Positions 51,276 through 64,000 of a stretch of 64,000 bases of DNA are shown here, one piece after another. The stretch is from contig NC_081400.1 of assembly GCF_030684315.1 (NCBI RefSeq), positions 8,499,464 through 8,563,463 of the forward strand, given 5' to 3'. The notes under the pieces are model-generated. The model saw only the letters and a program-made list of their open reading frames with translations, was not told the origin of the DNA and made no database searches. The first letter of the stretch is position 1, and each line of letters starts with the position of its first letter. Position numbers and translations under genes: made by a program. Origin of the DNA: Stegostoma tigrinum. Taxonomy: Eukaryota.

Positions 51276-51997
51276 GTAATGTACACACCATTGTCAAATT
51301 GATACTGAGAGTCATACAGTGAGAATTCTACAGAGTATTTGAGGAAATCTAATCAAAAGAATCTGGTGTCACAATTCAAGTAACATGTTCAAAAATTAAT
51401 ACTGAGAAATTGTACGAACTGCCAATGTTGGATTCTGAGATAACAAGGTGTAGAGCTAAATGAAAACAGCAGGACAAGCAGCATCAGAGGAACAGGAAAG
51501 TTGACATTTTGGGTTTTCTTTTTCATGTTGGACTGTATTTTGTTGGTTAAAACAAATCAAAAATCATAAAGAAGTGTTGGTATGCAAATTGATCCACACA
51601 TATGACTAAAATGTATACAGCCTGAGAAATATATTCCTCCCAAACTCGTCAGTACTTTCACAGAGATACTGTTGAAAAACAGAAACAATAGCTTATGTGG
51701 ATGAAGTAGAGGGTATTGATTGTTTGGCAAGGATCCTCAGATTGATAGAAGCAATTTTTTTTTCCATTGCTTGTCTATTCTTACTCTTGCTGTGACGAGT
51801 GTCAGATGGTTAAAAAAAACTCCCTCAAAATGTGAATTTATTGCAGAATGCCTAAATTTAAACAATTTCTGGAGGCACTAACTGCAGTATTTAAGTCCTC
51901 AATGAATATATATGTTTATCTGAATGTTTTATGATTCCAGAATTCGCCAATAATTGAGTACAAAGGAACTTTTTCCAAATATAGACTTGTGCATGCA

Positions 51998-52102
51998 TCT
52001 ATCTACCTACCTACCTACCCATCTATCTATTTATCTATCTATCTATATATATACCTATCTATCTACCGACCTACCTATTTATCCATCCATCCAGCCATCC
52101 AT
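51998..52102. repeat. Compound (TATC/TACC/TCCA)n microsatellite
   Basis: Directly visible. Confidence 0.9.
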
Positions 52103-52579
52103 TCAACTTTCTGTCTATGTATGAATTTCACAAATTTCAGTCACGCTGTTTTTGGTGGCTGTTAATACTTAACTCTGGAAATTTGTGTTCTGATTCCCTG
52201 AAATGTCTTGAAGAATAATTAAATACTGTCAACTGTTTCTTATGTTCTCACTGTTGTAAGTTTGCAGCTGCACATTTCCAATAAGTTCTATAAAGGGCAT
52301 AAGACTACAGAAATGCAGTATTAAATTGGTAAATAAAGGTCATTCTAGATATATTCCAGTTCATGTTCGAAAGGGAGGGGACTATTAGGAAGCATTCAAT
52401 CTGTCGACTACTGGGAAAGAACAGTTGGTTTGCCAAAAAGTCAATTAAGAAATGATGCTAAGGTCAGGATTACATAGAAATCATTTCAAGAACAAAGAAC
52501 AGGAACATTTTACCAGGAAATTCAACTGCGTTAACAAAAGGATAGTAAATATGTTGTATGAGATAGATAGATAAATAGA

Positions 52580-54870
52580 GTATAGAACACAGAATGGTAC
52601 AACACAGGAATGGTCACTTCAGCCCACGATGTTGTGCTATCATGAAGCCAAAGTAAACTAATCTCTTCTGCCTAACCCTTGGTCCATATCTCTCCATTCG
52701 TTGCATATTCATGTGCTTATCTAAGAGTCCCTTAAATGTGCCTACCATATCTGCCTCAGTCTCAGCTGTTCCAGGCAAAAACAACCTGAGTTTCTTTTTA
52801 GCCGCTTCTTACAGCTCCTATCCTCTAATCCAGGCAGCATCCTGGTAAACTTCTTCTTCACCTTCTCCAAAGCCTCCACATCCTTCCTGTAATGTGGCAA
52901 TAATGACTGAATGCAATGCTATAAGTGTGGCCTAACAAAAGCCTCAGAAATCTGCAACATAACAAGATTCCAATACTCAATTTCTCGACCATTGAAGGCA
53001 AGCACACCTTACACCTTCTTTACCACCTTATCTACTTGTTTGGCCATTTTCAGGGAGATATTGACTTGGACCCCAAGATCCTTTTGCACTGCTGCTCAAG
53101 GTCCTACCATTAACTGTGCAATTTTTCTTAACTTTTGATCTCCCAAAGCGCAGTAGCTCACACTTACCTGGATTAAACTCTGTCTGCCATTTTTCCATCC
53201 ACACTGTATCCTTGGGCAACCTTCAACACTATCCATAATTCCACCAATGTTTGCATCTTCTGCAAACTTACTAACCTACCCATCAAAGTCATTTATGTGT
53301 ATCACAAACAGCAGAGGCTCCCGTACAGATCGCTGCAGAACACTACTAGTTACAGACCTTCAGCCAGAAAAAAAAAATCATCTGCCTTCTATGGGCAAGC
53401 CAATCTGAATCCAACCTTCAACACTATCCATAATTCCACCAATGTTTGCATCTTCTGCAAACTTACTAACCCACCCATCAAAGTCATTTATGTATATCAT
53501 AAACAGCAGAGGCTCCCATACAGATCCCTGCAGAACACCACTAGTTACAGACCTTCAGCCAGAAAAAAAAAATCATCTGCCTTCTATGGGCAAGCCAATC
53601 TGAATCCAAGTGGCCAAATCATCGTGGATCCCATACAGCTTAATCTTCTTGCTGAGCATACCATGAGGGGCTTTGTAAAAGCCCTTTCTAAAATCCATGT
53701 AGACAACATCCAGTGTGATCAGCTTTATCATTTTCTGGAATATTCGATCATGTTAGTAAGGCATGATATGCTTTTCACAAACTCATGCTGACTGCTCCTT
53801 ATTATTCCATGCTTTTCCAAATGTCCATAAATCCTATCTCTAAAAATTCTCTCTAATAGCTTTCCAACCACCAATGTCAGACTCACCAGCCTATACTTTC
53901 CTGGATTATCCCAGTTTCCCTTCTTGAGCAGACCAACAGCATTAGCTACACACCAGTCCACTGGGACCTCTCCAGTGGTTAGTGAGAATACAAAGATATT
54001 GGTCAAGGCCCCAGCAATCTCCTCTCTTGTCTCTCTCAATAACCTGGGGCAAGTACTATTGAACCCTGGGAACTTATCCACTTTAATGCTCTTCAAGAGA
54101 TCCAACACCTTTTTTTTAATCTGAAAATGCCCCAGCACATTAGTATGTTCCACACAAATCTCACTATTCTCCATATCTTTTTCCTTTGTGAACAGTACTC
54201 ATTTAGGATCTTGCCCGCATCCTTTGATTCCCAGCAGAATATCCCTCCATTATCTTCCCTCCATTATCCTTCCTTCTCTATAGTTATCCTTTTGTTTTTA
54301 ATGTATGTGTAGAATGTCTTGGGATTTTCTTCAAATCTCCTTTGTTGAAATGTCATTTCATGGCTCAATCCTCCTCTCCTAATTCCCTGCTTAAGCTCTT
54401 TCCTGCATTCTTTCTATACCTTACGAGCCCTGTCAGAGATTAGCCTACTAAAGCTTACATAAGCTTCTTTTTCCCCTTTCCATCTAAACTCACGATCTCC
54501 CTCATTGTCAAATTTTTCTCTTCCTTTGCCATCTTTGTCCTTCCTCATTACTGGAATATGCTGGTCCTGAGGTCTGACCCACAATTCTTTAAACAACTTC
54601 CACATATCAAACACAAACAAAAACAGAAGTTGCTGCAGAAGCTCAGTAGGCCTGGCAGCACATGTGAAGGGAAACCAGAGTTAATGTTTCGGGTCCAGTG
54701 ACCCTTCCCCTTGCTCGATAACTGCTCCGCCAAACTAGCATTGTCTAGCTCCAGTTTAATACTGACATTGTATGCCCTCCCCAAAATTAGTACCTTACCA
54801 CAAGGTCCTGACATATCCTTACTCATGGCGACCTTAAAACACAAGGAGTCATGATCGCTGGATATCCCAT
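52580..54870 (-). mobile_element. Decayed CR1 ORF2 with an internal 195-bp tandem duplication (53217-53606) and a nested short insert (about 54610-54710)
   Basis: PRLLRETREEIAGAL, KYRLVSLTLVVGKLLERI, SCLTNMIE motifs. Confidence 0.85.
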
Positions 54871-54929
54871 TTCACTGAGAAGTTGTCCATCTGGTACCAC
54901 TGCCTTTAACACTCTGTTTTTCAGTCATT

Positions 54930-56130
54930 CCTGCTGGCTTTGATCCATACAGAATACAGATTTTCAATGACACAATCAGAGCCACTGCCACTGCTTTGAA
55001 TAAAACACATATGACATCAGTAATTTTGAGAATGACACGAATAATGCTGAGAATGAAAAAATACAGTATTCTACAAGTTACAGGCAATAGTTTACCTGTT
55101 CCTGCCTCAGGAATGAAACTGACGATATGATACAGTATTCATCTAACAACAACGAACTGATTTGTTTGTACATTAATTAAGATTTGACATGTTGTCTCCT
55201 GATCTTTGATTTGCAAATGGCTTTACTTTGACTACTGTGAAATTTCAACCCAAGTAGAAACGAGGAGCCATTTCACTTGACCAGTCAAAAGATGAAACAG
55301 CATTGCAGAAGTGTACTTGAATCTCAGCATTCACGTGTTGTATATTGCAGATGGACATGGAGAACTGTGTCACTGAGAAAATTTGTTGTTTTTTTCTTCA
55401 TCCTTGAGCATTCTGTTGAAATGAAATCACTTTGACTCGCTGAATCTTTTCTTGCAGAAGACTCCCGAATAACAGTAAGGCCTGTCCATGTCCATCCATA
55501 GCAAATCCCCATTTCTATCTCAAATTAAAGACACAAAAATTTCTCTCAAAGCACACACCTCCTCTCCAGCTCACTTTGCTCACCCATGGATATGCACAAA
55601 CAGATATACAGGCATTTAGGCAAACACACACACATTGCATGCATAACTTTCTTTTTACTAATATTCCTCAAATCTTCCGAGAAACTGAATCATGCCAACG
55701 TGATTCCGCTGGAAAGTTCACTTTTTTGTTTAAATTTCTGCAATGCCATTCACCTTCCCCCAGGCTTATTTATATGTTTGAAGCCATGGCTCCTGTGCCA
55801 TTTTTCCACAACATCACTGTTTATTCTGTGCCCTTGAGCGTAGAATTGTTCAATCTTGCCGTCAGATTGTGGCTTTTTCCCTCACCAATTTGAGGTCTTG
55901 CCATCCAGCATCAATTTGACGATCCTCCCAAATATTTGTGTCCTCATATTGTGTCTGCTTTCACTGCATAATGAATGAATCAAACACATTCGAACACAGT
56001 AAACATCAAGACTTTAAATTCTAATGCCATACGAAACTCTCAATCATTTCAGACATTCAATCTTTTTTCTGCTGTCTTGTGCGAAAAATATGTGTATATT
56101 TGTAACTCTACTTATTCCTGATCTGTGCTC
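54930..56130 (-). pseudogene. Highly decayed Ig-superfamily-like block B (V-like and possible C1-like remnants), paralog of block A
   Basis: GEQSELERR...VSLI*DRNGD, TQFSMSICNIQHVNAEIQVHFCNAVSSFDWSSEM, and downstream VAL/CVIENLYSVWIKAS. Truncated by CR1. Confidence 0.4.
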
Positions 56131-58049
56131 TGGTGATCATAACCTGTGAATGATTGCAATTTTGTCATGTTTTGCACAGGTCTTAAAACAGCAGGGCCTA
56201 AACTCCTCCGTGGCTGCTATAGTTCTTCGCTTTCACATTTCTCAACCTGGTCTCTTTCTGGTACTTGCCGCATTTGTCCATATTGTTTCGAATCCAATTG
56301 GAAGCAGGCAATCTCTTTTTTTTTAAAATTCATACACCAGGTTATTCCCCCCATCACCCGACCAGACCAAGTAAGATCACCAGTGAATTGGACAGTTTTG
56401 CCTTTTCCCCTGACAACTGATTCATGGTCTTTGTTTTAATTCCAGATTTCAAACACCACTATCTATTGTGGCAGGATTTGAATCCAGCTCCCCAGGAGAT
56501 CACCTGGATTAACAGACCAGTGATAAAGCCATTAGGCCATTACAATCTTATAAATCACCAAAAGTATATTTTTGTCTTCATTGAAGTTGTTAGCTCTATC
56601 GTATCCACCTTATCCTAGTAATGCTTAATTGTCTTCATTACAAAACTGTTGCTCTGATCTATTAATTGCAATCAACTCTCCAATTTACATGGGTGGCACC
56701 AGCTTTAATTCTTCATGTGCTAATTTGATCTCCCACCCAACTATCTTCCGTTCACTATTATCATTGAAATGGGGGCGTCTCGACTTAAAGCAATCAATGG
56801 TATTCCTAGATAACAAGGTGTAGAGCTGGATGAACACAGCAGGCCAAGCAGCATCAGAGGAGCAGAAAGGCTGACGTTTCAGGCTAGGTGTTCATCCAGC
56901 TCTACATCTTGTTATCTAAGATTCTCCAGCATCTGTCGTTCCTACTATCTCTGAAACAATGGTATTCCTATATTTGAATTCTTGCTGATTAGCCGTGTCA
57001 ACTGGCAACATTCCTTACACCCTGATAGAAACCATGTATACTATCAGAAACAGTCCTCCTGTAATTAGCATGGAACACCAATCTGCTTACAGAAATAGAT
57101 GAACACACATAAGCAACTCTGCCTCCATTAACCTTACACACATGCATGCACTGAAATCAGATTGAAACAAAATTCACAGCTGCCATCTTGTATTCATGAA
57201 CACTGGTCACAGGCTAAACACAGCTCTGAACCAGCGATCAGCAGTATGACCTAAATTTCACTTGTACATGTCAGTTCAGAAAAATGATACCATGTCCACC
57301 ACAGCTAGAAAGGTTGGAGCTCATCACCATAGATGCATCACACAGAAAGTTCACTACAAATTATTATCACAGAAACAAAGCACACTCACACACACAGGCA
57401 TGCAGATATTCACAAAAATCAAACCAACAAAGACAGTTAATACTCTTGACACAAACGCATATTTATGCAATGTACTCACATTCCTCATACACTTCCCATA
57501 TATTCTGATTAGCAAAGAGCAGCAACAGTCAGCGAACTGACAGGTCGGCAGAGGTCATCAACACTCATACAAAGATGTGTGCAGACTCTATATCTCACAT
57601 TGCGGTAAACATATGGAGACAGCAGAATACATCAATAAACACAATGAACCAAAAAACTGTGGCTGCTGAACATTTAAAAGAAAGCAGCAATTTCTAGAGA
57701 AACTCATCATGTTTGGCTACATCTATGAAGATAATGCAGAGATAATGTTTCAACGACCGTGACCCTTCTTCAGAACTGATAGTGCTACAAATGCTGACGA
57801 CAGGGGATGGGGTGGGGTGGAAGAAGTGAGGGGAATACACGGAGTTTGAGCTCAGAGACAGAGAGAACGACAGTTAGACAGACGAAGATATGTTTGATAG
57901 TGTGTCAGGGAAAAAGGAAAATTAACAATAGGGACCATAAGTAGGTGAAAGCAAGTTAGATGTGCTGCAAGCAGCCCATGTAATGAGGGCTTTGGATGCA
58001 GTTGTGAGAAAAGGACATTGGAGTTGGGGACTAAGTGTGGTGTGTCAAA

Positions 58050-58955
58050 TTTTGAGATGGCACTAAGATGAGTGGTAGAGCTAAGTGTGCAGAAGACACT
58101 GGAAGTCTGCAGAGGGATAAAGATAGTCTAAGTGAGTGGGAAAAGGTCTGGCAGATGGAGCACAATGTTGGTAAGTCTGAGGTCATCTATTTTAGTTAGA
58201 ATAACAGCAAAATGGACTATGTTTTAAATGGTAAAAAAAATTGCAGCATGCTGCTGTGCAGAGGGTCTTGGATGTTGTTGTGCATGAATCACTGAAAGTA
58301 GGACCGCAGGTGCAGCAGGTAATTAAAAAGGCAAATGGAACTTTGTCATTGCTAGAGGGGTGAAGTTTAAAAACAGGGAGGCTATGCTGCAGCTTTATAG
58401 GGCCCTGGTGAGGCCACACCTGGGGTACTGTGTGCAGTTTTGGTCTCCTTACTTGAGAATGGATACACTAGCACTGACCGGGGCGCAGAGTTGAAAGGGT
58501 TGGATTATGAGGAGAGACTGAGTAGGCTGGGATTATACTCATTGGCATTCAGAAGAATGAGGGGAGATCTTACAGAAACATATAAGATTATGAAGGGAAT
58601 AGATAAGGTAGAGGCAGGGAGGTTGTTTGCACTAGCAAGTGAAACTGGGACTAAGGGGAGTAACCTCAAAATAAAAGGAAGCAGATGTAGGACTGAGGTC
58701 AGGAGGAACTTCTTCATACAAAAAGTTGTGAATCTGTGGAATTCCCTGCCCAGTGAAGCAGTTGAAGATACCTCGCTAAATTTGCTTAAGGCAAGGCTAG
58801 ACAAATTTTTGAACAGTAAAGGAATTAAGCGTAATGATGTATGGGTGAGGAGCTGAGTCTCAAAAAGATCAGCCATGATCTAATTGAATAGTGGGGCTGG
58901 CTCGAGGGGCCGGATGGCCTACTCCTGCTCCTAGTTCTGATGTTCTTACGTTCTT
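58050..58955 (+). mobile_element. CR1 3' part
   Basis: GLDYEERLSRLGLYSLAFRRMRGDLTETYKIMKG...FFIQKVVNLWNSLP. Confidence 0.88.
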
Positions 58956-60099
58956 ATGAAAGATATGTTCATGTTCTAAAGTTATTGAACTTAATATTGA
59001 GTCCTGCAAGCTGCAGCAGCCCCATGTGGAAAATGAGATGATGTTCCTGCAGCTAGCACTGCCCACACTGAAAATGGCCTACAGGCAGAAATATTAGGCA
59101 TGTGAAGTATCAGGAATCTAGAAGCTCAGAGTCAGTTTTGCAGACAGAATGCATGTGTTCTTTGGAAGACAGTTGGCCAATCAGCATTTCATCTCCCCTA
59201 TTGAAGAAGAGACCATTATTATTAGCTTTAAACAGAGGAGGCTGAAAATCAGAAACAAAAGCAGAAGTTGCTGGAAAAGCTCAGCATCTGTGGAGAGAAA
59301 CCAGAGTTAACATTTTGGGTCTGGTGACCCTTCCTCAGAACATGCTGAGCAAACGTCACTGGATCTGAAACTTTAATGCTGATTTCTCTTCACAGATGTT
59401 GCCAGATGTGCTGTGCTCTTCCAGCAACTTCTGTTTTTGTTTCGAAGATACATTGCTGCTTCACATAAAATCTATATCTGGAGCCTTGGATAGTGAGGAG
59501 GGATGAGATAAACAGGAAATTGTCATAGGGGATATGGATGTGTTCTGAGTAGACAAGAAGTGGAGCAGAGTGTCCTGGCAGGGAGGCCAGGAACGTCCTG
59601 TGAAATGCTGACAAGGGTGGGGGGGTGGAATATGTGCCTGATGGTGACAACCAACTGTAGATGGTAGAGATGGTGGCTTATGAGTTTTGATGATAACACA
59701 TCAATGCAAAATGCAGAATGCTCAGAACAGACGATCAAAACATCTCGTAGAATCATAGATTAATTGATTCATACAGCCCAGAAAAGCTGCTTTATCACAT
59801 TGGACCCAAACCGTAATAATGACTGTTAAAGGTACACTAATCCAAATCTCCTGCACTTGGCCATGTCATGAATATTCCATTCATAACTTTAATGTCATAA
59901 TATTTGTGGTGTTCATCCAAAAGCTTGTAAGGTGTCCAGCCGCCACTACATTCCTAGGCTGAGCATTCCAGATTCCAACATGCCCCTGAGCCTCCTGGCC
60001 CTTATCCTAAAACTACTGGCACCCAGTCTATACCCCTCATAATGCTATACACCTCTATCACCGCCACCCTTCTGCTCTAAAGAAAATCATCTAAGCCCA

Positions 60100-61400
60100 T
60101 GGTCAGTGCATTGAGTTTAGGAATTGAGAGGACACATTGCAGCTGTGCAGGACATTGGTAAGGCCACTTTAGGGATATTATATTCAAGTCAGGTGTCCCT
60201 GCTATAGGAAAGATGTTGTGAAATTTGAAAGCATTCAGAAAACATTTACAAGGATGTTGCCAGCGTAGGAGATGCTGAGCTATAGAGAGAGGTTGAATAG
60301 GTTGGGGCTACTTTCCCTGGATGGTGAGACTGAGGGGTGATTTTATAGAAGTTTATAAAACTATGAGAAGCATGATTAGGGCGAATAGTTGAGGTCTTTT
60401 CCCTAAGGTTCAGGGATTCTGAAACTAGAGGGTATCGGTTTATTGTGAGAGGGGTAAGATTTCAAAGGGACCTGAGGGGCAACATTTTCATGCAGAGGGT
60501 GGTCCATATATGGAATGACCTGGCAGAGGAATTGTTGGAGACTTGTACAATTACAACATTCAGAAGGCATCTGGATGGCTATATGAGCAGGAAGGGTTTA
60601 GAGGGATATGGACCAAATGCTGGTAAATGGGGCTACATTAATTTAGGATATCCAGTCAGCATGGATGAATTGGACTGAAGGATCTGCTTCCGAGCTGTAC
60701 ATTTCTATGGTTCTATGACTCTATCTAGTCTCTCCTTATCACTTAATTTCTCCATCCTATGCAACATCCTGATGAACTAGAGAAAGAGATAACTAGAAAA
60801 AAAGATTGGCCCACTTAAGGACAAAGAAGGAAAGTTGAGTCAGAGAAAATGTGTGACATTCTTAATGAGTACTTTGCATCGGTATTCACCAAGGAGAGGG
60901 ACATGATGGATGTTGAGGTTAGGGATAGATGTTTGATACACTAGGCCAAGTCAGTATAAGGATGGAGGAAGTGTTGGGTATCCTAAAAGGTATTAGGGTG
61001 GACAAGTCCCCAGGGTCCTGACTGAGATCTACAAAATCATGAGGTGTATAGACTAGGTGGATAGCATGAAGCTTTTTTTCCCCCAGAGTGGGGGACTCAA
61101 TTACTAGGGGTCATGAGTTCAAAGTGAGGGGAGGAAAGTTGAAGGGAGATATGCATAGAAAGTTCTTTATGCAGAGTGTGGTGGGTGCCTCGAACGCATT
61201 GCCAGTGGAGGTGGTAGGCGCAGACACGATAGTGTCTTTTAAGATTATCTGGACAGGTGCATGGATGGGCATGGTGCAAAGGGATACAGACACTTAGAAA
61301 GTAGATGACAGGTTTAGGCTGAGGATCTCGATCGGCGCAGGCTTGGAGGGCCGAAGGGCCTGTTCCTGTGCTGTAATTTTCTTTGTTCTTTGTTCTTTGA
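60100..61400 (+). mobile_element. Two successive CR1 fragments (about 60100-60725 and 60775-61400)
   Basis: DLRGNIFMQRVVHIWNDL and TRGHEFKVRGGKLKGD with gttcttt tails. Confidence 0.85.
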
Positions 61401-64000
61401 ACTTCCTCTGTATCCCTTCTAGCTCTATCACATCCTTGAGGTGACCAGAACTGTGCACATTACTCCAGCTATGTTCTGACCAACAGTCAGTACAAGTCCT
61501 CCTCACTCTTACACTCTGTGCCATGACTGGTGAAAGAAATTGCCCCATGTGGCTTCTCAATTATTTTACTCACATTCTCTGCAAACTTTACAGAATTGTG
61601 AATAGTTACTCCAAGATCCCTCTGTCCCTCTAAGCTACCCAATGTCCCACAATTCATTTAATACTCCCTCATCTGGTTTCTTCTTGCAATGTGCATTACC
61701 TCGTACTTATTAGGTTTAAATACCAGTTACCACTATTGTGCTCATCTGATCAACCCATTATTACTATCCTGTAACCTATAACCACCTGCTACATGATTAA
61801 CTACTCTTGGTGCCATCTGCAAATTTTCTTAACATTCCACACACATTTTCACGTATTTCATTTATGTGTATAACAAACACTAACAACCCCAGTATTGATC
61901 CTGGTTGTGTACCACTGGTCACTGGCCTCCAGTCACTCAAATAGTCACTTTTACTACTAACTATTGCAAAGTGCATTTCTGATCCATGTCACCCAGTTTC
62001 CCTCATTTCCATGTGATTTAACCTTCTCAATCAGTCTCCTATGTTGAACTTTGTCAAGTGTCTTGTTAAAATCCATATAAATTACATCAACTGAACTTCC
62101 CTTGTCCAAACACTTGAATATGTTTTCAAAGAATTCCAACAAATTTGTTAGGCATGATCTCCCTCTGGAAAAGCCATGCTGACTATCCCTAAATAGCCAT
62201 TGCCTTTCCAAGTGGGTATTAATTCAATCCTTCAGAATTTTATCCAATAATTTTCCTAACACTGAAGTGGCACTCATCATTTCTGCTAATTACTGGGTCA
62301 TCTCTATCACACTCCTCAAAACACACTTGCCATCCTCCAGTCCTCCGGCACTTCCCCCGTGGCCTGAAAGGAATTAAAAATTGCTCCAGAGTTCGTGCAA
62401 TTTCCTGCCTCCTCTCCCACCATTGTCAAGTCTGCAATTCATCAACACCAAGGGATCTGTTTATTTTTCAGCCTCACAAAACTTCCAGTACTTCCCATTT
62501 TCTATGTCAAACTATGCAATCTCTCACAATCCCTTTTCCTGAATTACTTACTGATGTTATTCTTTTCCAAAGTGAAGACAGAAGAGAATTATTCATTTAA
62601 CACCCTCCCATTATCCTATGGCTTCATGCACAGATTGTTCCTCGGTCCCAAATGGAGCCTACTCCTTGCCTGGTTAACCTCTTCCCTTTAATGTATGTAT
62701 AAATATCTTCATATTCCCCATGATCCTGTTTTCAAGTCCTTTTCATTGTCCCCTTTGGGTCTTCAAATTTCTTTCTCAAGTTCCCTCCTGTGCTTCCTGT
62801 ATTCTTCTAGGGGTGGAGTTGAATTGCTCCCTCTGGCCTTGTAAAATGCCATTCTTTTTTCCTTATCCAGTCCTGAATTGTCCTAGACATCAAGGGTTCT
62901 CTGAAATTATTGTTCCTACATTTCCCTCTGCTGGGCATGCATTGCACCTGTACTCACCCTCGCTCCATTTTGAATGTCCTCTATTGCGCTACTGTAAACT
63001 TACCCACAAGGAACTGTTTTCAGTCTCATGTGGACACATTATGCTTTAAACTAATGAAATCTGCCTTCATCAAATCCAAATCTTCTTTCTTTTTAAGGCT
63101 ATCTTTTTCCACATTCTGAACAATTTAAATGTATTGTGTTCTGGTTGCTATCACTAAAATGGTCCCACACTGCCACATCAAACACTTGTCTGTCTTCTTT
63201 CCCCAGATCCAGCACTATGCCATCCCTTGTGGGCCTTGTATGTATTGATCAAAACACTCCCCTGAATACATTTCAAGAAATCCTCCCCCTCTAAACCCTT
63301 AACACGCTGTATGATTAGAAAATTTATATTGGGAAAGTTCAAATCTCCTGATATATAGACCAGTATATTGCACATTCACACCTCTGTGAATTGTCCATAT
63401 TTTTGCTCCTGTATTTCCAACGGTCTCTTTGAAGGTATATATAGTGTTCAGGGGTGTGTGAGTTGTAGGGGGATGGGTCTGGGTGGGATGCTGCTAGGGT
63501 CAGTGTGGACTTGTTTGGCCAAAGAAACTGCTTCCACACTGTAGGGATTCTATGCCTAAATTCTACCCACAAAGCCTCATTTGAAACCCTTCCAAGGTAT
63601 CATCATTCCTTATTATGGTAGTTGACTCTTTAATTAATAGTGCTGCAGCACCACCCTTTTCATATCCTCCTCTCTGTCACCCAGAATACAGCCCAGAATG
63701 CTGAGTTGAGTCCAGCCCGTCTATCAACCATGTTTTTGTGATGGCAACAATATCATTTTTCATTGTGCTAATCCACCCATGAACTAATCGGTCTTACTTA
63801 CTACACTCCCAGCATTAAAGACCATCAAATCTTACCTTACTCTCTTGACCCTCAACATAATTGAGCTCACTGTGACTACCTTCTTTTGCTTTCGCATGAT
63901 GTGCTTCTGTTTCATTGATATTTTGTGTCCCCTACACCTGTCAGATAGTTTAAACCCCACCCAACATCCCTGGACAACAAGGGGACAATTTATCAAAGCA
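61401..64000 (-). mobile_element. Old CR1 ORF2 including endonuclease-region remnants, with a SINE piece at about 63440-63555
   Basis: SQHGFSRGRSCLTNLLEFF...DVIYMDFNK and GDLNFPNIN...EGEDFLKCIQ. Confidence 0.8.

Noticed and set aside
54872-55087. ORF with TCR-delta-like TM appearance (VLFKAVAVALIVSLKI)
   Set aside because: The same DNA can be read as a frameshifted C1 B-C strand remnant, and the hydrophobic frame is not clearly kept in paralog A. Ambiguous, so not called as a TM exon.
57262-57540. ORF containing DTNAYLC, resembling DxAxYxC
   Set aside because: No B-strand Cys, no WY motif and no splice sites; AC-rich low-complexity sequence.

Overview
Repeat-rich vertebrate DNA, most likely a cartilaginous fish (shark). 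This is inferred from HE1-like tRNA SINEs, abundant CR1 LINEs and two Penelope-like families. No intact host gene is evident. Two things stand out. (1) At 1-7128, a head-to-tail array of Tx1-clade LINEs sits at the hammerhead-ribozyme motif in the terminus of a Penelope-like element. A 16-bp target duplication recurs at each junction, and the element's 5' leader resembles the Penelope terminus. (2) Between the repeats lies a decayed cluster of apparently non-rearranging antigen-receptor-like genes. The clearest is a minus-strand gene with a germline-joined VJ exon (35498-35818, no RSS), a C1 exon (35102-35405), a TM exon (31433-31564) and a cytoplasmic exon (31243-31301), carrying frameshifts. 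There are also two older paralogous V-like blocks (about 14700-16200 and 54930-56130) and a tail-to-tail pair of TCR-like TM exon remnants (13491-14157). The remainder is CR1, Penelope, Gypsy, SINE and a 28-bp satellite. Repeat boundaries were read by eye and are approximate unless junction bases are quoted.
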